Assembly: GCA_963732325.1 (NCBI GenBank)
Contig: CAVSYZ010000003.1
Location: 31,079-95,078 of the forward strand
Direction: 5' to 3'
DNA: 64,000 nt
Source of the DNA: an uncultured Acidobacteriota bacterium
GTDB taxonomy: Bacteria > Acidobacteriota > Terriglobia > Acidiferrales > UBA7541
Shown here: positions 11,153-19,959 of the stretch, piece by piece
How the letters are laid out: each line of letters begins with the position of its first letter
Numbering within the stretch: position 1 is the stretch's first letter
Position numbers and translations under genes: made by a program
The notes under the pieces: model-generated
Seen by the model: only the letters and a program-made list of their open reading frames with translations
What the model was told of the DNA's origin: nothing
The model's database searches: none

Positions 11153-11725
11153 CTACGAAGTAGTCGTCGCCGCCGCGCCGCGATTCGCGCGTGAAAACGC
11201 CTTGCTGCTTTCCTCGGCCACCGCGTCGCCGGTCTTGTCAATCTCGATCGAGCCCTTAAAGTAAGCTCCGTCTTCGATCGAAATCCGCGCCGTGGTCAAA
11301 TCGCCCACCACCGACCCGTCCTTCTTGATCTCAATTCGGTCGCGCGCGCGCAGATTGCCCTTCACGTTGCCGTAAACCACCACTTCGCGGGCAATCACAT
11401 CCGCCGTAACCTTCGCGCTCGCTCCCACCGTCAGCTTGCGGTCCTCCAGCTGAACCAATCCCTCGACCGTGCCATCAATCAGCAAATCCTCATTCCCGGT
11501 GATCTCGCCCTTTACATGCAGGCTTGAACCCAGCCGTGCCGTGTTGCCCGAACTCGTGCTCGGATACGTCGAATCAATCGGTGCCATCGTTTTTGCCTCC
11601 CCAGGAACTGCCGGTGCGTTTGCACTCGGAATGGTTGGTCTAGCTGGTTGCGCTTGCTGAGACGGTTGCGGCTGCTGCGGGACCGCCTTCTTCCCCGGAG
11701 CCTCCGGTTTCTTGTCTCCCCACAT
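11153..11725 (-). CDS. Bactofilin-family cytoskeletal protein with Pro/Gln-rich N-terminus
   Basis: The core LHVKGEITGNEDLLIDGTVEGLVQLEDRKLTVGASAKVTADVIAREVVVYGNVKGNLRARDRIEIKKDGSVVGDLTTARISIEDGAYFKGSIEI matches the bactofilin (DUF583) beta-helix repeat pattern. Confidence 0.85.
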   Translation of the reverse strand: MWGDKKPEAPGKKAVPQQPQPSQQAQPARPTIPSANAPAVPGEAKTMAPIDSTYPSTSSGNTARLGSSLHVKGEITGNEDLLIDGTVEGLVQLEDRKLTVGASAKVTADVIAREVVVYGNVKGNLRARDRIEIKKDGSVVGDLTTARISIEDGAYFKGSIEIDKTGDAVAEESSKAFSRANRGAAATTTS

Positions 11726-11964
11726 TTACCCTCCTACCTAGGACCCAATTTCGCCCTACGACGAACAATATCGCTAATAAGGACCGGGGTCTTTGAATGT
11801 AGTCCCGCCCGTGAGCTATGCCAAATCCAAAATGGAACAAGTGTGCCCGGCGAGATAACTCCACCGGTCAAGCTGGGGAACTGCATCCTAAAACTTTAAA
11901 CCACAAACCGCAAGCGCGATTTGTCTCGGCGTATCTTTCGGCAAGTCGCCGCAGATTTTGACTC

Positions 11965-12002
11965 TGTAGCGGCTGCCTTTAGGCGGGCGTCTTTGACTTT
12001 GG
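11965..12002. repeat. REP-like hairpin repeat, family 1, copy 2
   Basis: tgtagcggctgcctttaggcgggcgtctttgactttgg, located downstream of the lexA stop. Confidence 0.75.
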
Positions 12003-12039
12003 TTTGGCCTACGGGTTCATCGCAACCCTCTGGCCGATA

Positions 12040-12663
12040 CTAATATTTGCGCAACACTCCCACAACCCGCCCCTGAATCTTCACGTCCGTGCCCTGCACC
12101 ACAATCGGCGCCATCGTCGAATTCGCCGGCTGCAAACGCACTTTCCCGCCCGGTTCGCGGTAGAACCTCTTCACGGTGGCGTCATCTTCACCCACCAGCG
12201 CCACCACAATCTCTCCTGGGTTCGCCACCTGCGTCTGCTCCACCACGATGTAATCCCCGTCCAATATATGATCCTCGCGCATGGATTCGCCCTTCACCTG
12301 CAGCACAAACGTATTCTGCCCGCGCGCAAAATCAGCCAGCGAAATCGTCTCATTCGTCTCCACCGCTTCCAAAGGACGTCCCGCCGCAATCCGCCCGGCC
12401 AGCGGCAGCTCGATCACGTGGCGGTCCAGCACCTGCTCGCGAATCGGCTTCGGCAGTTGCACCACCTCAATCGAACGGCTCTGGTTATACCCGCGCCGTA
12501 TGTAGCCCTTCTTCTCCAGCGTCGAAAGATGCTTGTGCACCGTCGCCAGCGACGTCAGCTTCAGCGCGTGCGCAATTTCCTCAAAACTGGGCGAATACCC
12601 ATTCTTGTTGATAAATCCCACCAGGTAATTCAGTACTTCTTTCTGCCTCTTCGTCAGCGCCAT
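12040..12663 (-). CDS. lexA: LexA repressor (S24 autopeptidase)
   Basis: 207 aa. N-terminal wHTH (LTKRQKEVLNYLVGFINKNGYSPSFEEIAHAL), cleavage-site region LAGRIAAGRP, catalytic Ser in VKGESM and Lys in TVKRF. Confidence 0.95.
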   Translation of the reverse strand: MALTKRQKEVLNYLVGFINKNGYSPSFEEIAHALKLTSLATVHKHLSTLEKKGYIRRGYNQSRSIEVVQLPKPIREQVLDRHVIELPLAGRIAAGRPLEAVETNETISLADFARGQNTFVLQVKGESMREDHILDGDYIVVEQTQVANPGEIVVALVGEDDATVKRFYREPGGKVRLQPANSTMAPIVVQGTDVKIQGRVVGVLRKY

Positions 12664-12697
12664 TTCACTCCCCTCTGGGCCCAGCGTGAAGCCTACA

Positions 12698-12721
12698 CAC
12701 TAGGCGAACCAAAAGCGAAAG
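12698..12721 (-). promoter_or_regulatory. Candidate LexA operator (SOS box) upstream of lexA
   Basis: In gene sense it reads CTTTCGCTTTTGGTTCGCCTAGTG, 35 nt upstream of the lexA ATG. 18 of 24 positions are invariant with copies at 31339-31362 (recA) and 38068-38091 (helicase-nuclease). The core is the direct repeat TTCGC-N6-TTCGC. Confidence 0.6.
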
Positions 12722-12966
12722 TCAATGGTACTCTGGGACAGGTTCGGGCCAGCTTCCCGCAACCTGACTTACCGCGATGGGCACTGTCCTCCGCTGTGAA
12801 TAAAAGTCGAGCCGTTCACGCCGCACCCCGGCATGTTTATAAGCAGGAATCCTCCGTCGCCGTCGCGAAGGTTCTTTGCAACCCTCTGCTGTAAACTTTT
12901 CCGTACCGGCGATTCTTTGCCGAATCTCAAACACGATTCACACCCTTCGCAAGGGAGCGTGTCCAC

Positions 12967-13794
12967 TTGAAGCGCACTTTTCACATCGCTGCACTGTTAT
13001 CCCTTGTCGCCTTCAGCGGCGCCCGATTCTCCGTGTCTGCGCAGAACTCGCCACCCAGCCACCCAGACGGCATCTTTACGCCCACAATATCCATAGTCAC
13101 ATCCATCGATAAAACCGGCCGCCCAATGACAGTCGAGTCGCGCCAACTGGAACCACGCCTCACTCAATCCATCGTCGCGGGAAATCCCACAGGCGACAGC
13201 TACGTCATACATTTCCCCCAGGGCGACGCCGGCGACCCCTGCATCTACAGTGGCACGGCCCGTTATCTGATCGAGGGAGGCGGCACGCTCACGTTTCAAA
13301 TCCTCGCCGATTGCGGAAAATTGCGGCGTGGATATAACTATATGATTTGCAGGTTGGATCCGAATTTCCGCTGCAGCGAAGCTCCCTGGTGGTATTTCCG
13401 CGACCGCACCTACGTCATCTCGAAGCAGGGCGTCGCCGTAAATGGTTCCGCGCCCGTGCCTTGGCAAAATCCAGCGGAAGCTCCGGAACTACTCCAGAAA
13501 ATGTCCGAGAAGATCAAAGCGCTGAACGAACACTACAGCCAGCTCACGGCCACCAATACCGTCCACGGTCGCTCCATTTCCTGCCGCGAATACCATCCGG
13601 AAACGAAGTCCTACCACGTCTGGGAATTTCCCACGTATTGCCTGATCAAAAGCGCCTGCGATGGGATGCCCAACCTCGACTCCATGCGCGATGGCGACCC
13701 AATTGACTGGAATTCACCCGCAGGAACCTTCGTAAAAAGACAAAGTAAAGCCACAGACTTCTCAAACTGGCTCTGCTGGATCAAATCCCAATAA
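12967..13794 (+). CDS. Hypothetical secreted Cys-rich protein
   Basis: 275 aa, TTG start, signal peptide MKRTFHIAALLSLVAFSGARFSVSAQ. Ten Cys residues in the mature part. I recognise no family. Confidence 0.6.
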   Translation: MKRTFHIAALLSLVAFSGARFSVSAQNSPPSHPDGIFTPTISIVTSIDKTGRPMTVESRQLEPRLTQSIVAGNPTGDSYVIHFPQGDAGDPCIYSGTARYLIEGGGTLTFQILADCGKLRRGYNYMICRLDPNFRCSEAPWWYFRDRTYVISKQGVAVNGSAPVPWQNPAEAPELLQKMSEKIKALNEHYSQLTATNTVHGRSISCREYHPETKSYHVWEFPTYCLIKSACDGMPNLDSMRDGDPIDWNSPAGTFVKRQSKATDFSNWLCWIKSQ

Positions 13795-13943
13795 GACTAG
13801 AAGTACTTTGCTTTTGCTGCGCCGATCCTTTCCGCGCGCCCCTCGTTACCATAAGTACTTAAAAACAAATTCAACCTGCTGATATCCGCAATTTGTAATA
13901 TGCTCCACGCTCACGGAAGATAAAATTTTCAGGAGCCGCCTTC

Positions 13944-14708
13944 ATGAAACCCGCCCGTATCCTTGTGCTCGTCGCGCTAAGCGTCTTTGCAGCCTCCTCA
14001 TCCTTCACACAGACGCAAAAGCCGCTCACCAACGCAGACGTCATTAACATGACCGCGCAGGGGTTCGACGCCACGCTGATCGTGAAGGATATTCAATCCA
14101 GCAGCACGGATTTCGACACGTCCACCCAAGCGCTCATCAATCTTAAAAATGCCGGCGTAGATAAATCCGTATTAGAAGCCATGCTCGCCGCACAATCAGC
14201 GAAACCCTCGGGCGCTGTAGAAGCGGTTCGTGGCGGGGCATCAACGGACCCGTCCCAGCCGGTTTGCGGCGCGAACAACGGCTGCCTGCTGAAAGAAGGG
14301 GTGCAGGTTCCTCTGAAGTTCGCTGCGGATCTCAACTCAAAAACTGCTCACGAAGGCGACCCCGTAGAATTCCTGCTCGACGAGGACTTAAAAGTCGGAA
14401 CTTCAATCGTCGTCCCGAAAGGATCCCACGCCGTGGCCACCGTAACCGACGCTAAGAAGGCCGGGATGATGGGAAGGCCAGGAGAACTCAGTGTTCAAAT
14501 GCAATACCTGGTGGCCGGCAGCAATCACGTCCACATTCGCGGTACCAAAGGGCGAGAGGGAGACAGCAAAACCGGAGCAACCGTGGCACTGACCGTCTTG
14601 TTCGGCCCCATCGGCCTTATCAAGCACGGCAAGAATGTAGATATCCCCGCCGGAACCGCGCTCACGGCCTACGTAGATCAGGACATCTGGCTCGCACCAA
14701 TCAACTGA
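13944..14708 (+). CDS. Hypothetical secreted protein
   Basis: 254 aa, signal peptide MKPARILVLVALSVFAASSSFTQTQ. The N-terminal LTNADVINMTAQGFDATLIVKDIQSS...ALINLKNAGVDKSVLEAM motif pair is common in acidobacterial exported proteins. The family is not identified. Confidence 0.6.
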   Translation: MKPARILVLVALSVFAASSSFTQTQKPLTNADVINMTAQGFDATLIVKDIQSSSTDFDTSTQALINLKNAGVDKSVLEAMLAAQSAKPSGAVEAVRGGASTDPSQPVCGANNGCLLKEGVQVPLKFAADLNSKTAHEGDPVEFLLDEDLKVGTSIVVPKGSHAVATVTDAKKAGMMGRPGELSVQMQYLVAGSNHVHIRGTKGREGDSKTGATVALTVLFGPIGLIKHGKNVDIPAGTALTAYVDQDIWLAPIN

Positions 14709-14729
14709 CTCGACGAGCAGTCAACGTCG

Positions 14730-15542
14730 CTATCGCCCTCCGCCGATTTCCAGTATCGTACCAGTCGTGTACGAAGCCGCCGCTGAAAGCAGCCAAAGTA
14801 CACCCTGTGCTACCTCGAGCGCCGTACCCGGACGTCCCATCGGAATCGAAGGTGCCAAACGCTCCAAACGATCCGGTACGCCATTCGCCGCGTGAAGCTC
14901 GGTTTCAATTAATCCAGGCGCCACAGCGTTGACGCGAATCCCTTCACTCGCCACTTCTCGCGCCAACCCGATCGTAAAGCTATCGATCGCCCCTTTCGAC
15001 GCCGCATAGTGCACCCATTCCCCAGCGCCACCCGTCCTCGCGGCCAGCGAGGAAATGTTTACGATGGAACCGCCCGCGCCACCGTGCCGCACCGACATCC
15101 GCCGAACCGCTTCGCGCGAACACAATATCGTGCCGGCGACATTCGTCGCCAAGACCTGCGTGATTGCCTGCGCTGTCACTGCATCGACACGGTGCAAGCC
15201 ACCCGTCACGCCCGCGTTATTCACAAGCCCTCCGATCTGCCCGAGTTCGCGCACCGCCGTCTCGAACATTAGAAGAATTTCCTCCTCACGGCTAACGTCT
15301 CCGTGGATCGCGACCGCTCGCCCGCCCCCCGCCACAATCTCCCGAACCACCTCTTCGGCCCCAGCCCGATTCGTCGAAAAATTAACAGCGACCGCGAAAC
15401 CGTTCGCGCCAACTAACCTGGCAATGGCCGCTCCGATTCCGCGGCTCGCCCCAGTCACAATTACCGCTCCACCGTTTTGCTGGCCCTGGGTTTGTTTCGA
15501 CGCCTCTGTATTTTGAATCGTGGGATTCATCATTGTTAGCAT
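14730..15542 (-). CDS. SDR-family oxidoreductase
   Basis: VIVTGASRGIGAAIA (TGxxxGxG), NNAGV, and YAASKGAID (YxxxK). The track N-terminus was trimmed to MLTMMNPT. Confidence 0.85.
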   Translation of the reverse strand: MLTMMNPTIQNTEASKQTQGQQNGGAVIVTGASRGIGAAIARLVGANGFAVAVNFSTNRAGAEEVVREIVAGGGRAVAIHGDVSREEEILLMFETAVRELGQIGGLVNNAGVTGGLHRVDAVTAQAITQVLATNVAGTILCSREAVRRMSVRHGGAGGSIVNISSLAARTGGAGEWVHYAASKGAIDSFTIGLAREVASEGIRVNAVAPGLIETELHAANGVPDRLERLAPSIPMGRPGTALEVAQGVLWLLSAAASYTTGTILEIGGGR

Positions 15543-15719
15543 TCTAGCCGAACGAGCACGCCAGCGCCGTAGGTGCGGCATAAGTTAGCCCAGGCCGGAA
15601 GGCCTGGGAAAATTCGCAAAAATAAATCGCAGCGCCGTAGGTGCGGAACAAGCTTCGCTTCGCCCGCGCCTGCAAACGCTCGTCGGCAAATCAATTGTCG
15701 CCAGAAATCGGAAACGTTG

Positions 15720-16400
15720 TCAGCTACCCGCCAACGCTTCCCGCTTCCGCCTGTATCGCATCAACAACAATATCGCCGTCACCGCCGCTGCCACCCCAAT
15801 CGTCACGTACAACGCCACCTCACCATGCGCCACCACCACCGCAAATATCTTCCGCCCGTATACCGCTCCCAAATATCCAAGGATGCTGTACCGCACTAAC
15901 CGCCCCACCGTCATCGCTACCAGAAATTTCTTCTGCGAATACTGCAAGGCTCCCGCCGCAATCACAAATGGCACCATCGGCATCGGCGGCGGCAGCAGCG
16001 CCGGCAGCGCGATGGCTCCGAATCCCCACCGCTCAAACACGCGCACCACCTTCTTCGCGTTCCGCTTGGAGAGTCTGTCGTTCAGCGCTTTCTCCCCGCG
16101 ATTCCGGGCCAGCCGGTACGTCACGTAAGCGCCAATCACCGACCCTACCGTCGCCATCGCCGCGTAATAAGGCCACCAGTTCCGTTGATGCGCCGATAGC
16201 ACGATCGTCATCGCATCCATGCTGCCAGGCACAGGAATCACCGAGCTGTCAATCAACCCCAGCAGAATCAACCCCGGCCCGCCCAGTGTCAAAAACCAAT
16301 GCCTCACCACATGCGCGGTAGTGGGCGCGGCCATCGCCGATTTTCCGAAGTCGAATTTCATCGCAACGCCGCTCCCCGCCGCCCTCTCACTCAACGCCAT
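15720..16400 (-). CDS. DedA/YqaA-family (VTT domain) membrane protein
   Basis: 226 aa polytopic protein. GPGLILLGLIDSSVIPVPGSMDAMTIVL...ERWGFGAIALPALLPPPMPMVPFVIAAGAL resembles YqaA/COG1238. Confidence 0.7.
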   Translation of the reverse strand: MALSERAAGSGVAMKFDFGKSAMAAPTTAHVVRHWFLTLGGPGLILLGLIDSSVIPVPGSMDAMTIVLSAHQRNWWPYYAAMATVGSVIGAYVTYRLARNRGEKALNDRLSKRNAKKVVRVFERWGFGAIALPALLPPPMPMVPFVIAAGALQYSQKKFLVAMTVGRLVRYSILGYLGAVYGRKIFAVVVAHGEVALYVTIGVAAAVTAILLLMRYRRKREALAGS

Positions 16401-16948
16401 GACCTATCACCAGGACGCTGCCGCACTCGCCAAGGTTCCCCAGAAATTCCGGCCCCGCTGCCATGCCTATCTTGCCATGTAGACATCCCAACTCTTACGA
16501 AACATCATCTTAGTGTGTACAGGGCAAACTCACGCTCATTGTGGTAGCCTATTATCGGACTTGGGCACTCTGTCTTCGGAGTTATGCGAGAAGAAGCGAA
16601 CCCGCGCAACCCTTTGCGCCGCGCAGTTGACTACGGCGCCTCACAAACTCGCATTAGTTTTTCCCGTTCTGGTTTCCGCCAAGCCATCGTCGCCCCACCC
16701 TCTGCTTCACGCAAGCTTCCCATCCTAAAATCGTCAAAATCCGTTCTGCGACCGACATTTCTATTCCGTACAAATGGAGCAAGTGAAATCTCGACAAATC
16801 CCGTAACTCGTTCAGTACCAACAAAACTGCCATTTCTATTCAATACTTTTGGAGCCGTACTCAACCATCGCCGCCCCTGCATTTCGCGTCCCACAACCGG
16901 GGTTTTCGGGCGATTCTTTTCATCCACTACCGCGAGGGCCATTTAGGA

Positions 16949-18802
16949 ATGTCTACAACTATCTCTGAAATCCTAGGTCGCAAGCGAGAAACTATCGACA
17001 AGGCGGTCATCCGCTTCTGCGGTGACTCCGGTGACGGCATGCAAATCACCGGCAGCCAGTTTACCAATACCGTCGCCCTCTACGGCAACGACCTCGCCAC
17101 CTTCCCGGACTACCCCGCCGAAATCCGCGCCCCCGCCGGCACTTTGCCTGGTGTCAGCGGCTTCCAGGTCCATTTCTCCTCAAGCAACGTGTACACGCCC
17201 GGAGACAGCGTGGACGTACTGATCGCCATGAATCCCGCCGCGCTGAAAATGAACCTGGCGGACTTGAAAACGAACGGCATCCTCATCGTCAATTCCGATG
17301 ACTTTGGCGAAAGCGATCTGCGCAAGGCGCAAATCACCGTCAGCCCTCTCGAGGATCATTCGCTCGATGGCTATCGTCTTTTTGCTGTTCAACTCACCAA
17401 GCTCACCCGCGCCGCGCTAAAAGATGTCGGCCTGGACGCGAAGAGCATGGATCGCTGCAAGAATTTCTTCGCGCTGGGGATGTGTTACTGGCTTTACAAC
17501 CGTTCCATGGAGCCTACCCTCCGCTATCTAGACGACAAATTCAAGAGCAAGCCGCAGCTGGTAACCGCCAATAAACTGGCCATGCAGGCGGGCTATAGTT
17601 TCTGCGAAGCCACCGAGGCATTTCAGATCAGCTACGAAATTCCTCCGGCCAAGTTGTCACCCGGCACCTATCGCAATATCAGCGGCAACGCCGCGCTCGC
17701 GCTCGGATTCGTCGCCGCCTCGCAGCAGGCCGGAATCCCGCTATTCCTCGGCTCGTATCCCATCACACCGGCTTCCGACATTCTTCACGAACTCTCGATG
17801 TACAAGGACTTCGGCGTAACCACTTTCCAGGCCGAAGACGAAATCGCCGCCGTCTCTTCCGCCATCGGCGCCTCTTACACCGGCGCGCTGGCCATCACCA
17901 CCACATCCGGCCCCGGCATGGCGCTGAAAACCGAAGCGATTGGGCTGGCTGTTGCCGTCGAATTGCCGCTGGTGATTTGCGATATTCAGCGTGGCGGCCC
18001 ATCCACCGGACTTCCCACTAAAACCGAACAAGCCGATCTTCTCCAGGCCCTATACGGACGCAATTCCGAAGCTCCTGTCCCGGTGCTCGCTCCTTCTTCT
18101 CCCGGTGATTGTTTCTGGATTGCTATCGAAGCCAGCCGTATCGCCATCAAATACATGGTGCCCGTGATTATTCTCTCAGACGGCTACCTGGCTAACGGCG
18201 CGGAACCCTGGAAAGTTCCCACGGTTGCCGAGCTGCCGCAGATTCCCGTCGTCTTCGAAACGAATCCTGAAGGCTTTCTCCCGTACAAGCGCAATCCTTC
18301 CACCCTCGCGCGCCCCTGGGCTATTCCCGGCACTCCCGGCCTGGAACATCGCGTCGGCGGCATAGAAAAGCAGGACGTCACGGGCAACATCAACTATGAG
18401 CCGCTGAACCACGAACACATGGTTCGCACTCGCGCCGAAAAAGTTGAAGGCATCGCGCAAGATATTCCCGAAATCGTTCCCGAAGGCGATCAGTCCGGCG
18501 ACTTGCTAATCGTCGCCTGGGGCTCTACGGCCGGACCAATCACCGCCGCGATGAAACCCATGCGCGAAAAAGGCCATCGCATCGGCCACGTCCATCTGCG
18601 CTATCTGAATCCCCTGCCGCGCAATCTAGGCGACATTCTGAAGCGCTACAAAAAAGTTCTCGTCCCGGAAATGAACATGGGCCAGCTGTCCATGATCCTG
18701 CGCGCAAAATTCTTGGTAGACGCCGAAAGCTACGGCAAGATCCAGGGCAAGCCCTTCAAGCAATCAGAAATCGAAGCAAAAATCGAAGAGCTGCTCGACT
18801 AG
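16949..18802 (+). CDS. korA: 2-oxoacid:ferredoxin oxidoreductase, alpha(/gamma) subunit (2-oxoglutarate type likely)
   Basis: 617 aa. IRFCGDSGDGMQITGSQFTNT...FPDYPAEIRAPAGTLPGVSGFQVHF (gamma-like), then SYPITPASDILHEL and the TTSGPGMALK alpha domain. Confidence 0.85.
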   Translation: MSTTISEILGRKRETIDKAVIRFCGDSGDGMQITGSQFTNTVALYGNDLATFPDYPAEIRAPAGTLPGVSGFQVHFSSSNVYTPGDSVDVLIAMNPAALKMNLADLKTNGILIVNSDDFGESDLRKAQITVSPLEDHSLDGYRLFAVQLTKLTRAALKDVGLDAKSMDRCKNFFALGMCYWLYNRSMEPTLRYLDDKFKSKPQLVTANKLAMQAGYSFCEATEAFQISYEIPPAKLSPGTYRNISGNAALALGFVAASQQAGIPLFLGSYPITPASDILHELSMYKDFGVTTFQAEDEIAAVSSAIGASYTGALAITTTSGPGMALKTEAIGLAVAVELPLVICDIQRGGPSTGLPTKTEQADLLQALYGRNSEAPVPVLAPSSPGDCFWIAIEASRIAIKYMVPVIILSDGYLANGAEPWKVPTVAELPQIPVVFETNPEGFLPYKRNPSTLARPWAIPGTPGLEHRVGGIEKQDVTGNINYEPLNHEHMVRTRAEKVEGIAQDIPEIVPEGDQSGDLLIVAWGSTAGPITAAMKPMREKGHRIGHVHLRYLNPLPRNLGDILKRYKKVLVPEMNMGQLSMILRAKFLVDAESYGKIQGKPFKQSEIEAKIEELLD

Positions 18803-18807
18803 TTTTT

Positions 18808-18843
18808 CGTAGCGGCGGTCTTTAGACCGCCAGCCTTTGACTT
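18808..18843. repeat. REP-like hairpin repeat, family 1, copy 3 (korA-korB spacer)
   Basis: cgtagcggcggtctttagaccgccagcctttgactt, with a perfect 8-bp stem GGCGGTCT/AGACCGCC. Confidence 0.75.
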
Positions 18844-18867
18844 GTTTTTTGAGTTTGTGTTTGAATT

Positions 18868-18901
18868 TGTAGCGGCCGCCTTCAGGCGGGCGCCTTTGGG
18901 G
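18868..18901. repeat. REP-like hairpin repeat, family 1, copy 4 (korA-korB spacer)
   Basis: tgtagcggccgccttcaggcgggcgcctttgggg, in tandem with copy 3 and ending 10 nt before the korB ATG. Confidence 0.75.
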
Positions 18902-18911
18902 TGATCGAAAA

Positions 18912-19940
18912 ATGACCACGGCCACATTGCCGGTTTACACAAAAAAAGATTTCCAAACCGACCAGGAAATCCGCTGGTGCCCAGGCTGCGGCGACTACGC
19001 CATCCTCGCCGCCGTCCAGGCCGTCTTCGCCGAACTCGGCGTCCCCCGCGAAAAATTCGTCTTCATCTCCGGCATCGGCTGCTCCAGCCGCTTCCCGTAT
19101 TACATGAACACCTTCGGTTTCCACACCATCCACGGCCGCGCGCCCGCCATCGCCACCGGCGTAAAACTAATCCGTCCCGATCTCGACGTTTGGGTGGCTA
19201 CCGGCGACGGCGACTCGCTCTCCATCGGCGGCAACCACACCATTCACATGCTGCGCCGCAACGTCGGCCTCAAAGTCCTGATGTTCAACAATAAAATTTA
19301 CGGCCTCACCAAAGGCCAATACTCGCCCACCTCCGAAGTCGGTAAAAAGGCCAAGTCCACCCCCTTCGGTTCCGTGGATCGCCCGTTCAGCCCGCTCTCG
19401 CTCGCTCTGGGTTCCGAAGCCACCTTCATCGCGCGCTCCGTGGACGTCTTCCAGCAGCACCTGAAAGAAACCCTCAGAAAAGCCGCGGCGCATCAAGGTT
19501 CCGCCTACATCGAAATCCTGCAAAACTGCAATATTTTCAACGACGGAGCCTGGGAAACCATCACCGAAAAAGAAGCCCGCAGTGAACAAGTAGTCCAACT
19601 CGACCATGGCAAGCCCCTAATCTTCGGCAAGAATCGCAACAAAGGAATTCGCCTGGTAGGCCTGGATCTCGAAGTAGTCGCCCTGGGAAATGGCATCACC
19701 GAAAAAGATTTGCTGGTCCACGATGAACACAATCCAAATCCCGTCTATGCCTTCGCCCTTTCGCGCATGGATTCGATGCCCGGATTCCCCACTCCCATCG
19801 GCGTCCTCCGCGCCCTGCAAGGCGTTCCGCGCTACGAAGACCTGATCCAACAGCAAATCCGCGACGTGATCGCCAAAAAAGGCAAAGGCGACCTCGCCAA
19901 ACTCCTCCGCGCCGGAGACACCTGGGAACTGAAACAGTAA
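18912..19940 (+). CDS. korB: 2-oxoacid:ferredoxin oxidoreductase, beta subunit (TPP-binding)
   Basis: 342 aa. IRWCPGCGDYAILAAVQ and GIGCSSRFPYYMNTFGFHTIHGRAPAIATG...GDGDSLSIGGNH. Confidence 0.88.
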   Translation: MTTATLPVYTKKDFQTDQEIRWCPGCGDYAILAAVQAVFAELGVPREKFVFISGIGCSSRFPYYMNTFGFHTIHGRAPAIATGVKLIRPDLDVWVATGDGDSLSIGGNHTIHMLRRNVGLKVLMFNNKIYGLTKGQYSPTSEVGKKAKSTPFGSVDRPFSPLSLALGSEATFIARSVDVFQQHLKETLRKAAAHQGSAYIEILQNCNIFNDGAWETITEKEARSEQVVQLDHGKPLIFGKNRNKGIRLVGLDLEVVALGNGITEKDLLVHDEHNPNPVYAFALSRMDSMPGFPTPIGVLRALQGVPRYEDLIQQQIRDVIAKKGKGDLAKLLRAGDTWELKQ

Positions 19941-19959
19941 GCGGCCTGGTTCGCCGCCG

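Noticed and set aside
12004-12894. 296-aa plus-strand ORF
   Set aside because: It lies antisense to lexA, which has unambiguous homology. Its composition is H/R/L-rich.
15641-16321. 226-aa plus-strand ORF rich in P/S/A
   Set aside because: It lies antisense to the DedA/YqaA membrane protein, whose hydrophobic periodicity supports the minus strand.
18803-18911. Possible CRISPR-like array, because repeated hairpins are present
   Set aside because: Only two tandem copies exist, with unequal spacing and divergent sequence. There are no cas genes, and other copies are dispersed singly. This is a REP-like element, not CRISPR.
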